NCBI GenBank assembly: GCA_036490345.1
Contig: DASXEA010000017.1
Location: 96 to 64,095, forward strand
Length of the DNA stretch: 64,000 nucleotides
Direction of reading: 5' to 3'
Source of the DNA: Rhizomicrobium sp.
GTDB lineage: Bacteria; Pseudomonadota; Alphaproteobacteria; Micropepsales; Micropepsaceae
This document shows positions 30,902 through 39,877 of this stretch, piece by piece. Numbering within the stretch: the first letter of the stretch is position 1; every line of letters starts with the position of its first letter. The position numbers were made by a program, and so were the translations under genes. Under the pieces are notes generated by a model that was given only the letters and a program-made list of their open reading frames with translations, had not been told where the DNA came from and did no database searches.

Positions 30902-31696
30902 GTGCGCGAGGCGGCGGAAAGACTGGGCGGATTGCGGGCTTCTCTTGCCCTGGCAGGGCTCGCGGGAAACGGCGACGGGACACGCGTGCCGCTCGGCCAT
31001 GTGGCGGCCGATGCCTGTCTGAAAGGCGGCCTGCGGACAGGCGCGCTGCATGAAATCTTTTCCGCCGCGCCCGGCCATGAAGCCGCTGCGACGGGCTTTG
31101 CTGCAACGCTCGCGTCACGGCTCGGCGGCAACAGACGCCTTCTCTGGGTGCGGCAGGATTTTTCAGGCCTCGAATTCGGCGAAATATCTGCCACCGGCTT
31201 TCTGGAATTCGGCATCGACCCTTCGCGGCTTCTTCTCTTTCGTGCCGCCGATGTGGCGAGCGGATTGCGCGCGGCAGCCGATGCGCTCACCTGTGCCGCG
31301 CTCGGCGCAGTGGTGATCGAAATTCCGCGCACGCCAAAGCGCCTCGATCTCGTGACGAGCCGGCGGCTTACACTCGCCTGCGCGCAGAACGGTGTGAGCG
31401 CGCTGCTCCTGCGCTTCGAGGCGGATCCCGATGCCAGCGCCGCCGAAACGCGCTGGCTTGTGGGCGCCGGCCATTCGTCTGCCGGCAACAAAAACAACAA
31501 CAACAAGGATTGGGGTTATCCGCGTTTCGATGCCGCCCTCACCCGCAACCGGCACGGAACGACAGGACATTGGGCAATGGAGTGGAATTGTGACCGGGGC
31601 CGTTTCAACGAAACGGCGGATCATCGCGCTGTGGTTTCCGCGTCTGCAGACCGACCGGCTGCAGAGGCGGCAAACGCGCGCCAAAGCGCCGCCTGA
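30902..31696 (+). CDS. imuA: ImuA (RecA-like SOS mutagenesis protein)
   Basis: GL..GALHEI, LLWVRQD, G.DPSRL, LDLVTSRRL.LA, AAETRW, L.RNR.G..G.W.MEW; upstream of imuB. GTG start inferred. Confidence 0.85.
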   Translation: MREAAERLGGLRASLALAGLAGNGDGTRVPLGHVAADACLKGGLRTGALHEIFSAAPGHEAAATGFAATLASRLGGNRRLLWVRQDFSGLEFGEISATGFLEFGIDPSRLLLFRAADVASGLRAAADALTCAALGAVVIEIPRTPKRLDLVTSRRLTLACAQNGVSALLLRFEADPDASAAETRWLVGAGHSSAGNKNNNNKDWGYPRFDAALTRNRHGTTGHWAMEWNCDRGRFNETADHRAVVSASADRPAAEAANARQSAA

Positions 31697-33158
31697 CGAT
31701 TCGCCACCGCTGGTAATCGCCGCGAAGACGGGCGGCGCGCTCAAACTTGCCGCAGTGGACCGCAAGGCGACGGCGCAGGGGCTCGAACGCGGCATGACGC
31801 TGGCCGATGCGCGCGCCATGCTGCCTGCGCTCAGCGTGAAAGCGGCGAACGAAACCGCGGACCACGCACTGCTCGAAGCCATCGCCGAATGGTGCGACCG
31901 CTTCACGCCTTTCGTGGCGCTCCTGCCACCACAATCGCTCGTGCTTGACGTGACAGGCGCTGCCCATCTTTTCGGCGGCGAACGCGCGATGCTCGACCTC
32001 ATGCGCGTCTCGCTGGCGAAGCAGGGCTTTGCCATTCGCGGTGCGCTCGCCGGCACGGCCGGCGCGGCGCGCGCGCTGGCGCATTATCGCGACGGTACCA
32101 TCGTGGCAGCGGGCGAAGAAGCGGCGGCGGTCGCATCCCTGCCTGTCGAAGGGCTGGGCCTCGATGCCGCTGCCACGCAGGCGTTCCGCCGCGCCGGCCT
32201 CAAAACCATCGGCCAGATCGCCGCGCGCAAGCGCAGCGAACTCATGGCCCGTTTCGGCAGTGCCATGGTGACGGCGCTCGATCGTGTGCTCGGCCGCGTG
32301 GAAAATCCCATCTCGCCGCGCTTGCCCCTGCCCGACATCATGGCAGAACACCGCTTTGCCGATCCCGTCGTAAGCGAAGAGCTGGTCATGGCCACGCTCG
32401 ACGCACTCGCGCAATCGCTGGCACCTGTGCTCGCACAACGCGGCGAAGGCGCGCGCGCACTCGAAGCCGCCTTCTTCCGCGCCGACGGCCATGTGCGGCG
32501 CATTGCGATCGAAACGGCGCGGCCGGTGCGGACCCATGAGATCATCGGCCGGCTGTTTCGCGAGAAGCTTGCCCAGCTGGCCGATCCGCTCGACGCCGGT
32601 TTCGGCTTCGATCTCATCCGCTTTGCGGCGACGCGCGCCGAACGCAGCGAGGCCGAGACGGTGAGCCTCGATGCCGGCGCGAACGAAGACAAGGAGATCG
32701 CTTTCCTTGTGGATCGTCTCGCGGCACGGTTCGGAGCACAACGCATCGTGTGTTTCCAGCCCAACGATACACATATCCCCGAAGCCGCCGCGGTAACCCA
32801 GCCCGCGCAATATGCGAAGACAGGCAACGCGGCATGGGCCCGGATCCGGAAGGACGCCGAAGCGCCGCGCCGCCCGCTCCGCCTGTTCGCGAAACCCGAG
32901 CCCATCGACGCGACCGCCGAGGTGCCGGAAGGGCCACCGGGGCGTTTCTGCTGGCGCCGCGTGCAGCATCTGGTCACGCATGCCTCCGGCCCCGAGCGCA
33001 TCGCGATGGAATGGTGGCGTCATCACGAGCCCCGGCCCACCCGCGACTATTTCCGCGTCGAAGACAGCGAAGGCCGGCGTTTCTGGCTTTATCGTGAAGG
33101 GCTATACGGGCGTGAAACGGCGGAAACGCGATGGTTCGTACACGGACTGTTTGCATGA
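31590..33158 (+). CDS. imuB: ImuB (inactive Y-family polymerase)
   Basis: RRIIALWFPRL, GM.LADARA, RFTP.V, LDVTG..HLFGGE, RPLRLF..PEPI, GPERI..EWW, RDYFRVED, WF.HGLFA. Confidence 0.93.
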   Translation: MTGAVSTKRRIIALWFPRLQTDRLQRRQTRAKAPPDDSPPLVIAAKTGGALKLAAVDRKATAQGLERGMTLADARAMLPALSVKAANETADHALLEAIAEWCDRFTPFVALLPPQSLVLDVTGAAHLFGGERAMLDLMRVSLAKQGFAIRGALAGTAGAARALAHYRDGTIVAAGEEAAAVASLPVEGLGLDAAATQAFRRAGLKTIGQIAARKRSELMARFGSAMVTALDRVLGRVENPISPRLPLPDIMAEHRFADPVVSEELVMATLDALAQSLAPVLAQRGEGARALEAAFFRADGHVRRIAIETARPVRTHEIIGRLFREKLAQLADPLDAGFGFDLIRFAATRAERSEAETVSLDAGANEDKEIAFLVDRLAARFGAQRIVCFQPNDTHIPEAAAVTQPAQYAKTGNAAWARIRKDAEAPRRPLRLFAKPEPIDATAEVPEGPPGRFCWRRVQHLVTHASGPERIAMEWWRHHEPRPTRDYFRVEDSEGRRFWLYREGLYGRETAETRWFVHGLFA

Positions 33159-36100
33159 GCTACGCCGAGATCGCAGTCACCACCAATTTTTCCTTTCTGC
33201 GCGGCGCCTCGCATCCGAAGGAATATGCCGAAACCGCGCAAAGTCACGGCCTCGCAGCCATCGGCATTGCCGATCGCAACACGCTGGCGGGAGTCGTGCG
33301 CGCCTTTGATGCACTCAACCAGCTCAAAGCGCATTTCGGCGCGGCACCGAAACTTCTCGTCGGCGCCCGCCTCGTCTTCGCCGACGGCACGCCCGACATC
33401 CTGGCCTATCCCACCGACAAGCAGGCTTACGGCCGCCTCTGCCGTCTGCTCAGCCTCGGCAAGTCGCGCGCCGCCAAGGGCGAATGCCTTCTCCATCTCG
33501 GCGATCTTCGGGAATGGCAAGAAGGATTGCTGCTCGTGGTGATGCTGCAGCACGCGGAACGCGCGGCGATATTCAAGAAGGCCTGGAACAATTTCCCTCT
33601 CCCCCAACTTCCTGGGGGAGAGGGTCAGGGTGAGGGGGCAGTGAAGCTTCTGCCTTCGTCGAATGCTTGCATCATCAGCGCAACGGAGAGTCCCCCTCAC
33701 CCCAGCCCTCTCCCCCTGAAGGGGGAGAGGGAGAAATTGCTCGCACACCTCGCCGCTATCGCTCCCGGCCGCGTGTGGCTGGGTGTGTCGATGCCTTATC
33801 GCGGCGATGACCGGCGCAGGCTGCAGCAACTCCAGCACATCGCGCGCGCGGCGGACATACCGCTTCTCGCGACCAACGACGTGCTTTATCACAGAGCAGA
33901 ACGCCGCGAATTGCAGGATGTCGTCACGTGCATCCGCGAGCATGTGACCCTCAACGAAGCAGGACGCCGTCTCGAAGCGAATGCCGAACGCCATCTGAAA
34001 TCGCCGGCGGAAATGGCAAGACTGTTTCACGATGCACCCGAGGCCATCGCCGAAACGCTCCGCTTTGCCGGTCGCATCCACTTTTCGCTCGATCAGATCA
34101 AATACAATTACCCCGACGAGCCGGTGCCGAAAGGCAAGACGGCGCAGCAGCATCTCTTCGATCTGACCTGGGAGGGCGCGGCGCAGCGTTATCCGCTCGG
34201 CGTGCCGGAGAGCGTGCGCACGGTGCTCGAAAAGGAATTGGCGCTGATCGCCCGGCTGCAAATCGCGCCCTATTTCCTCACCGTTCATGACATCGTGAAT
34301 TTCGCGAAAAGCAAAAGCATCCTTTGCCAGGGCCGCGGCTCGGCGGCGAATTCCGCCGTCTGCTACGTGCTCGGCATCACCGCCGTCGATCCCACCGAAA
34401 TCGACCTTCTCTTCGAGCGTTTCGTATCGCAGGAGCGCCGCGAGCCGCCGGACATCGATGTCGATTTCGAACACGAACGGCGCGAAGAAGTGATCCAGAA
34501 CATCTACAAGCGCTACGGCCATGACCGCGCTGCGCTGACCGCAACCGTCATCTGCTATCGCCCGCGCAGCGCCATTCGCGAAACCGGCAAGGTGTTCGGT
34601 CTCAGCGAAGACGTGACGGCCGCGCTGGCGAGCGGCGTCTGGGGCAGCTGGGGCGAAAAGCTGAAAGAGAACGAAGTCCGTCAGGGCCGGCTCGATCCGC
34701 ACAACAGCCTCGTCGTCCGCGCTGTGAAGGCCGCCAACGAACTCATGGGCTTTCCGCGCCACCTCTCCCAGCATGTCGGCGGCTTCGTGCTCACGCAGGA
34801 GCGCCTCGACACACTGGTGCCCATCGGCCCCGCCACGATGAAAGACCGGTATTTCATCGAATGGGACAAGGACGACATCGACGTGCTCGGCATGATGAAG
34901 GTCGATGTGCTGGGTCTCGGCATGCTGACCTGCATCCGCAAGGCCTTCGATCTCGTCCGCGTCCATGAAGGCAGAGAATTCGATCTCGCAACGGTGCCGC
35001 GCGAAGATCCCGCTGTCTACGACATGCTGTGCAAGGCCGATGCGATCGGCGTGTTCCAGGTGGAAAGCCGCGCCCAGATGAACATGCTGCCGCGTCTTGC
35101 TCCCCGCGAATTCTACGATCTCGTCATCGAAGTGGCGATCGTGCGGCCGGGTCCCATCCAGGGCGACATGGTGCATCCCTATCTGCGCCGGCGCGGCGGC
35201 GCCGAGAGGGTCGAATATCCGTCACCGCATCCCGACCACGGGCCATCCGACGAACTCGAGAAAGTGCTGAGCAAGACATTGGGCGTGCCGCTGTTCCAGG
35301 AGCAGGCGATGAAGCTCGCCATCGTGGCGGCGAAATTCACGCCCGAAGAGGCGAACGGCCTTCGGCGCGCGATGGCGACCTTCCGCAACCTCGGTACGAT
35401 CGATCAGTACGGCCACAAGCTGATCGACGGCATGACGGCGCGCGGCTACACGCGCGACTTCGCGGAGCGCTGCTTCAAGCAGATCGAAGGCTTCGGCAGC
35501 TACGGCTTTCCCGAAAGCCATGCCGCGAGCTTCGCGCATCTCGTCTATATATCGGCCTGGATCAAGCGCCATCATCCGGCGGCCTTCGCCTGCGCGCTCC
35601 TCAATGCGCAACCCATGGGCTTCTATGCACCTGCGGAGATCGTGCGCGACGCGCGCGAGCACGGCGTGGTGGTGCGCCAGCCCGACATCAATGCCAGCCA
35701 TTGGGATCACACGTTGGAACACGAAGCCCGTGGCGTGCTTGCGCTCCGGCTTGGCCTGCGGCTGGTCGACGGTTTCCGCGAAGATTGGGCCGGCAAGATT
35801 GTTGGCGTCCGCCGCAACGGGTTTCCGTCCTTCGACGATTTCGTGCAGCGCACGGGCTTGCCGAAACGCGCCCTCGTGCTGCTCGCCGAAGCCGATGCGT
35901 TGCAATCGCTGGGCCTCGATCGCCGCGAAGGCCTGTGGGCGATCAGGCGCATTCCCGATACGCAATCATTGCCGCTGTTCGCGGCGCGCGAGGCGGCCGA
36001 GCAGCCGCCGGAAACGCTGGCACCCCTGCCAATCATGCCGCTCAGCGAACATGTGCTCGCCGATTACCAGATGCTGCGCCTGTCGCTCAAAGGTCATCTG

Positions 36101-36529
36101 ATGCAGTTCCTGCGCAGCCTTTTCTGCGACGAAGGCGTGAGCAGTTGTCACGGGATTTCGACGGCGCAGGATGGCGCGGCAGCGTCCTGCGCCGGCATCG
36201 TGCTCACGCGGCAGATGCCGGGCGATGCCGGCGTCGTCTTCATCACGCTCTCCGACGAGACGGGCGTCGCCAATGTCGTGGTGTGGCCAAGGCTTGTCGA
36301 AGCCTTCCGCCGCGAGATCATGGGATCGCGGCTGCTGCTCGTCGAAGGCCGCGTGCAGCGCAGCCCCGAAGGCGTGATCCACCTCGTGGCCGAACGGCTC
36401 TACGACCGCTCGGCGGAATTGCAGCGCCTCTCCGAAGACGAACCCCGGCGGCGCTCGCAACCCGAAACAAACATCCACCGCCATCCCCGCAACGTCCGCG
36501 CCGTGCCGAAATCGAGGGACTTTCATTGA
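33155..36529 (+). CDS. dnaE2: Error-prone DNA polymerase DnaE2 (ImuC), with a 48-aa repeat-derived insertion
   Basis: YAE....NFSFLRGASHP, QGRGSAANS, EPPDIDVDFEH, PRHLSQHVGGF, FGSYGFPESHAASFA, C-terminal HPR...SRDFH. Confidence 0.98.
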   Translation: MSYAEIAVTTNFSFLRGASHPKEYAETAQSHGLAAIGIADRNTLAGVVRAFDALNQLKAHFGAAPKLLVGARLVFADGTPDILAYPTDKQAYGRLCRLLSLGKSRAAKGECLLHLGDLREWQEGLLLVVMLQHAERAAIFKKAWNNFPLPQLPGGEGQGEGAVKLLPSSNACIISATESPPHPSPLPLKGEREKLLAHLAAIAPGRVWLGVSMPYRGDDRRRLQQLQHIARAADIPLLATNDVLYHRAERRELQDVVTCIREHVTLNEAGRRLEANAERHLKSPAEMARLFHDAPEAIAETLRFAGRIHFSLDQIKYNYPDEPVPKGKTAQQHLFDLTWEGAAQRYPLGVPESVRTVLEKELALIARLQIAPYFLTVHDIVNFAKSKSILCQGRGSAANSAVCYVLGITAVDPTEIDLLFERFVSQERREPPDIDVDFEHERREEVIQNIYKRYGHDRAALTATVICYRPRSAIRETGKVFGLSEDVTAALASGVWGSWGEKLKENEVRQGRLDPHNSLVVRAVKAANELMGFPRHLSQHVGGFVLTQERLDTLVPIGPATMKDRYFIEWDKDDIDVLGMMKVDVLGLGMLTCIRKAFDLVRVHEGREFDLATVPREDPAVYDMLCKADAIGVFQVESRAQMNMLPRLAPREFYDLVIEVAIVRPGPIQGDMVHPYLRRRGGAERVEYPSPHPDHGPSDELEKVLSKTLGVPLFQEQAMKLAIVAAKFTPEEANGLRRAMATFRNLGTIDQYGHKLIDGMTARGYTRDFAERCFKQIEGFGSYGFPESHAASFAHLVYISAWIKRHHPAAFACALLNAQPMGFYAPAEIVRDAREHGVVVRQPDINASHWDHTLEHEARGVLALRLGLRLVDGFREDWAGKIVGVRRNGFPSFDDFVQRTGLPKRALVLLAEADALQSLGLDRREGLWAIRRIPDTQSLPLFAAREAAEQPPETLAPLPIMPLSEHVLADYQMLRLSLKGHLMQFLRSLFCDEGVSSCHGISTAQDGAAASCAGIVLTRQMPGDAGVVFITLSDETGVANVVVWPRLVEAFRREIMGSRLLLVEGRVQRSPEGVIHLVAERLYDRSAELQRLSEDEPRRRSQPETNIHRHPRNVRAVPKSRDFH
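33593..33736. repeat. 144-bp palindromic element inserted in frame in dnaE2
   Basis: TTCCCTCTCCCCCAACTTCCTGGGGGAGAGGGTCAGGGTGAGGGGG...CCCCCTCACCCCAGCCCTCTCCCCCTGAAGGGGGAGAGGGAGAAA; homologous to 57993-58136. Confidence 0.9.
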
Positions 36530-36564
36530 GAGATATAACTCTCCATCACCTATCGCACAGTGCT

Positions 36565-36716
36565 GTCATTCCCGGCGAGCGGGAGCGCTTTCGGCGCGCA
36601 CGCGAGGGAAGGGAACCCAGTTGCCGACGAAATGTCCTCTCGGAAACGGAGCCATCAATTCCTGGGCCCTGTTCCCTCGAACGCATACCGAAGCATGCTC
36701 TCTCGCCGGGGATGAC
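36565..36716. repeat. GTCATTCCCGGC-type palindromic repeat, left of the GIY-YIG gene
   Basis: GTCATTCCCGGCGAG...CTCGCCGGGGATGAC inverted ends. Confidence 0.85.
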
Positions 36717-36747
36717 AGGCTTTGTGGGCATGTTGTGAGACCACCCA

Positions 36748-37086
36748 ATGCGCCAGCATACCTACTTCGTCTACATTCTCGCGAGCCGCCGCAACGGCAC
36801 GCTCTATACCGGAGTCACCAATGACATCATGCGACGCACGTGCGAACACAAAAATGATTTGATAGCCGGGTTCACCAGACGATATGGCGTTCACATTCTT
36901 GTCTGGTTCGAGATCTACGGGAACATCCACGCTGCCATTACCCGGGAGAAGCAGATCAAAGGCTGGAATCGCAGCTGGAAAATCAAGCTGATCGAAAAGC
37001 AAAATTCGGGGTGGAATGATCTCTACGATCGGATTCTGGGCGAGATTTCCTTGCCCGACAGCCCTGGGTTCCCTTCCCTCGCATGA
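36748..37086 (+). CDS. Small GIY-YIG nuclease family protein
   Basis: YFVYILAS.RNGTLYTGVTND..RR..EHK, AI.REKQIK.W.R.WKI.LIE. Confidence 0.92.
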   Translation: MRQHTYFVYILASRRNGTLYTGVTNDIMRRTCEHKNDLIAGFTRRYGVHILVWFEIYGNIHAAITREKQIKGWNRSWKIKLIEKQNSGWNDLYDRILGEISLPDSPGFPSLA

Positions 37087-37118
37087 GCGCAGGCGCGCTC
37101 ATGCTCGCCGGGAATGAC
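37064..37118. repeat. Right inverted copy of the GTCATTCCCGGC repeat arm
   Basis: CTGGGTTCCCTTCCCTCGC...GCTCGCCGGGAATGAC is close to the reverse complement of 36565-36620. Confidence 0.85.
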
Positions 37119-37150
37119 AAGCGGGGTGCGCGCCCTTACCCCACACCCGT

Positions 37151-37223
37151 TCACGGCTGATGGATGCGGCCCATCTTCACCACTTCGAAGTCCGAGCCCG
37201 TCACCTGTCGCAGTTCGCCGACC
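37151..37223 (-). repeat. 73-bp duplicate of the 3' end of the 37372-38394 gene
   Basis: Direct repeat of 37372-37444 with 2 mismatches. Confidence 0.9.
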
Positions 37224-37315
37224 TCTCCCACAAGGGGAGAGGAGAAAATCGAGCACTGCATGATGCGCTTGCAGTGCACCACATTCCGCCTCTCCCCTTG
37301 TGGGAGAGGGAGGCA
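37223..37315. repeat. CCTCTCCCC/GGGGAGAGG palindromic element arms
   Basis: CTCTCCCCACAAGGGGAGAG ... CCTCTCCCCTTGTGGGAGAGG. Confidence 0.75.
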
Positions 37316-37371
37316 GATACTCCAACGAGCCGCCGCACCGTCGTAGGTTAGGGGTGATGCCACCGACATTC

Positions 37372-38394
37372 TCACGGCTGATGGATGCGGCCCATCTTCA
37401 CCACCTCGAAGTCCGAGCCCGTCACCTGTCGCAGTTCGCTGACCAGCGCGTCGTTGTTCCAGTTCGGATCGGGCGCGCCGGAGATGTACCAGTTGCTGCC
37501 ATTGTCGGCGACCATCATGCCGTAGGTCTGCAGCGCTTTCAGGATCGCCTTGGTCTCGGTGCTGAAATTGTCGGGGATCTGATAGCTCGCCTTCAGACGC
37601 ACGCGCATGCCCATCGGCGGCAGGTCGACGCTTTTGTTGCTCGATGCCCAGTGATTGGCCGGTTTCACATAGGCCTCGCGCGATTGCGACACGGTGAACC
37701 GGAGCGCATGCGGAATCGTGCCGGTCGAGGCCTCGTCGTAGCGCACCAGACCCGGAAAGATCGGCAGACCTGCCGCGTCCGCGCTCGTCCAGCCCGGTTT
37801 TGCCGTCGGCCGGACCTTGTTGGAATCGAGATGAAAGATCGCGCCCGCGTCGCATTTCCATTTCGCGCCGGCATCGAGTTCGAAGGCGCGATACATTTCG
37901 TAGAGGCGGTTGGAATCCTTGTCGATCACCAGCACATGCCGGTCGCCGCCGAATTTCTTGCCGTCGGGACGATAGCCTTCGATCGGCGCGTCGGTCGGCA
38001 CGGGATACGGGCCCGGATCGCTCTCGTCGCGATAGGCGCCGATGTGAATCGGCACGGGCCCCTGCGAACTGTCGACCACGACATAGGGAATGCCGATGAT
38101 CGCATGACCATAGGTGCCGCTGCCGAAATCGGGATGGAGCCCGGTCGACACGCCAATCGAGGCGATGAGATTGTCGGAGTTGGGATCGACTGGTGCCTGC
38201 GAAATATCGGTGTTCCACGCATTGTTGGCCGGGAACGGCACCGCGCCATTGAGGCTGGCATCGATGCCCAGGCTGGCGCCCGCCATGTTTCCATATTGCC
38301 ATGTGGCATGCGGCGCCTGACCTGCATGGCCAGGCGCACCAAGTGCTGCAACGGCCACAGAAGCGACGGCAAATCCAAGGCGCAATTTTTTCAT
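37372..38394 (-). CDS. Secreted conserved hypothetical protein
   Basis: Signal peptide MKKLRLGFAVASVAVAA; FPANNAWNTDIS..PVD, GDRHVLV, SADAAGLP..PGL.RYDE, I.HALRFT, YGM.VADNGS. Confidence 0.8.
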   Translation of the reverse strand: MKKLRLGFAVASVAVAALGAPGHAGQAPHATWQYGNMAGASLGIDASLNGAVPFPANNAWNTDISQAPVDPNSDNLIASIGVSTGLHPDFGSGTYGHAIIGIPYVVVDSSQGPVPIHIGAYRDESDPGPYPVPTDAPIEGYRPDGKKFGGDRHVLVIDKDSNRLYEMYRAFELDAGAKWKCDAGAIFHLDSNKVRPTAKPGWTSADAAGLPIFPGLVRYDEASTGTIPHALRFTVSQSREAYVKPANHWASSNKSVDLPPMGMRVRLKASYQIPDNFSTETKAILKALQTYGMMVADNGSNWYISGAPDPNWNNDALVSELRQVTGSDFEVVKMGRIHQP

Positions 38395-38566
38395 GGTATA
38401 TCTCCCGAATGCGCGCCGCTGCGCGCCCATAGTGTCGGCCCGCGCCATGCTGGAACACAAGGCGTGGAGGAAGGGTTGCGGCCCCTGCGCCGGATTTGAA
38501 TCAAATGCCGCCCTCGACAATGATGACGCGCCATGCTGAAGCAGGGCGGAGGCAGGGGGACTCGCC

Positions 38567-39856
38567 ATGGCGGGAGAAATGCTGGCGACCGCGCGCGCGC
38601 CGCTGTCGCGGACCGTGATCCTTGCCGGCACAATCGGCAACATTCTCGAATGGTACGATTTCGGACTCTACGGATTCTTCGCCCCCGTTTTCGCCACGGT
38701 GTTTTTCCCCGCGCATGATCGCATCGCCTCGCTGATCGGTGCCTATGGCGGCTTTGCCATCGGCTTCGCCATGCGTCCGATCGGTGCCATGGTGTTCGGG
38801 CATCTGGGCGACCGGAAAGGCCGCCGCTTCGTGCTGGTGTTTTCCGTCGTGATGATGGGTTGCGCGACAACAGCCACCGCGCTTCTGCCCACCTACGCGT
38901 CGGCCGGAATCGCTGCCCCCATCCTTCTCCTGCTCCTGCGGCTGTTCCAGGGATTCTCCGTAGGCGGAGAATTTACCGGCTCCGTCGCCTATCTGGTCGA
39001 GACCGCGCCACCGGGCCGGCGCGGCCAGGCGGGAAGTTTCGCCAATATCGGATCGACCGGCGGCGTGCTCCTGGCCGCAGCGGTCACGGCGGCGGCCACG
39101 ACCTTCGCCACAGAGGCCGAACTCGCGACATGGGCGTGGCGGCTTCCGTTCCTGGTTGGCGGCGTCATCGCGACGACGGGCTATTTCCTGCGCGTCCATC
39201 TGCACGAGACAGGCTATGAACCTTTGCCCGACGCGCACGAGCAGCCCGCGCCGCTGAAGCAGGCCTTCGCCGAGGCGCCAGGCACGATCCTGCGCGCGGT
39301 TCTGTTCACTTCGGGCTATGGCATCGTGAATTACATCACGATGGTTTTCCTGCCGACCTATGCGAGCGAATTCGCCGGCATTGCCGAAAGCCGCGCGCTG
39401 CAGATCAACACGGCGGCACAGGCGCTGGCACTCCTCATCGTGCCTCTGTCGGGCTGGCTGGCGGACAATGCGTTCCGCCGCCGCAACATTCTGATCGCAG
39501 CGTTCCTTGGCGAACTGGCTTTCGCCTGGGCGGCGTTTGCCCTGACGGGTGCGCATGGCTTGGCCGGTTTGTGGATCGCGCAGCTGATGTTCGGCGCACT
39601 TCTCGCGCTCATCATGGGAACGGAGCCCGCGATGCTGTCGGAACAATTCGCGAGCCGCTACCGGCTGAGCGGCTATTCGCTCTCGTTCAATATCGGGCTG
39701 GGTCTGGCGGGCGGCACGTCACCGATGATCGCGACCGCACTGATCGGCGCGACGGGGAGCGCGCTGGCTCCGGCATGGTATCTGATGTTCGCGGCCGGGC
39801 TCGCCGCTTTTGCCATCTTCCTGATGCCCGACCGCAGCCGGGCGCCGCTTCCGTAA
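38567..39856 (+). CDS. MHS-family MFS transporter (ProP-like)
   Basis: GNILEWYDFGLY, RPIGAMVFGHLGDRKGRR, RLFQGFSVGGE, WAWRLPFL. Confidence 0.93.
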   Translation: MAGEMLATARAPLSRTVILAGTIGNILEWYDFGLYGFFAPVFATVFFPAHDRIASLIGAYGGFAIGFAMRPIGAMVFGHLGDRKGRRFVLVFSVVMMGCATTATALLPTYASAGIAAPILLLLLRLFQGFSVGGEFTGSVAYLVETAPPGRRGQAGSFANIGSTGGVLLAAAVTAAATTFATEAELATWAWRLPFLVGGVIATTGYFLRVHLHETGYEPLPDAHEQPAPLKQAFAEAPGTILRAVLFTSGYGIVNYITMVFLPTYASEFAGIAESRALQINTAAQALALLIVPLSGWLADNAFRRRNILIAAFLGELAFAWAAFALTGAHGLAGLWIAQLMFGALLALIMGTEPAMLSEQFASRYRLSGYSLSFNIGLGLAGGTSPMIATALIGATGSALAPAWYLMFAAGLAAFAIFLMPDRSRAPLP

Positions 39857-39877
39857 GCAGCCACCCGGATCGGGTAT

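Noticed and set aside
37151-37444. Direct repeats as a possible CRISPR array or attL/attR pair
   Set aside because: Only two 73-bp copies, coding-derived, with no cas or integrase genes; the enclosed DNA is a palindrome.
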